Shown here in pieces: positions 63,849 to 64,000 of a stretch of DNA of 64,000 bases. Position numbers and translations under genes: made by a program. Location: positions 1 to 64,000 of IMG/VR virus record IMGVR_UViG_2648501258_000001; one strand, given 5' to 3'. The notes below the pieces were generated by a model. That model saw nothing but the letters and a program-made list of their open reading frames with translations. It was not told the origin of the DNA and made no database searches. Source of the stretch: a virus. Lineage: Duplodnaviria; Caudoviricetes. How positions within the stretch are numbered: position 1 is the first letter of the stretch; each line of letters opens with the position of its first letter.

Positions 63849-64000
63849 ATTAAACGGTTACAGTTCCACGAATTTTGACGAAGTGGATAGCGCCAGCCAG
63901 ACGAGCTTCGAATGTGATGCCTTCAAAGATACGTTGGGCACGCAGGTTAGCTGCTACAGACAATACATCTGGGACAGTAACAATTGGAGCTGGGCTCTCT
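63849..64000 (-). CDS. tail sheath protein, C-terminal end (truncated by the window)
   Basis: R.FEGITFEARLAGAIHFVKIRGTVTV. Confidence 0.85.

Noticed and set aside
1-64000. CRISPR or other repeat-spacer arrays, integrase, inteins or introns in nrdA, nrdB, polymerase or helicase, canonical tRNAs
   Set aside because: None seen; the core genes are of normal length and uninterrupted.

Overview
This window is 64 kb of a lytic tailed myophage genome. The gene set and order resemble the PAK_P1 / phiPsa374 / phiPMW (Vandenendeviridae-type) phages, and a Pseudomonas-like host is inferred, not shown. Layout: (1) 1-5.45 kb, small + strand genes (SLOG/DprA-like, EF-Ts-like, MazG-like, membrane proteins). 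(2) About 5.5-14.6 kb, a - strand early/host-takeover island driven by about 10 strong sigma70 promoters and bracketed by two non-coding blocks; it may be a long terminal repeat or the first-injected DNA. (3) 14.6-44.1 kb, - strand accessory, nucleotide-metabolism (nrdAB, thyX, glutaredoxin) and replication genes (exonuclease, SSB-like, family A polymerase, primase-helicase). (4) A short + strand RNA ligase operon. (5) - strand lysis, tail fibre, baseplate, tape measure, tube and sheath genes. About 10 free-standing HNH-type endonucleases are scattered through the window. Two signals stand out. First, the non-coding blocks flanking the early island are loaded with host-protein sites: six sigma54 (-24/-12) motifs including two head-to-head pairs, parS palindromes and periodic gyrase-site-like DNA. 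Second, there is a set of promoter-driven structured non-coding RNA candidates: a 149-nt tRNA scaffold with a 73-nt insert in place of the anticodon loop, RNAs closed by a conserved covarying GUAsACUG/CAGUsUAC stem, and a ~250-nt RNA transcribed back-to-back with the RNA ligase operon. All assignments come from reading motifs by eye; no database searches or folding programs were run.
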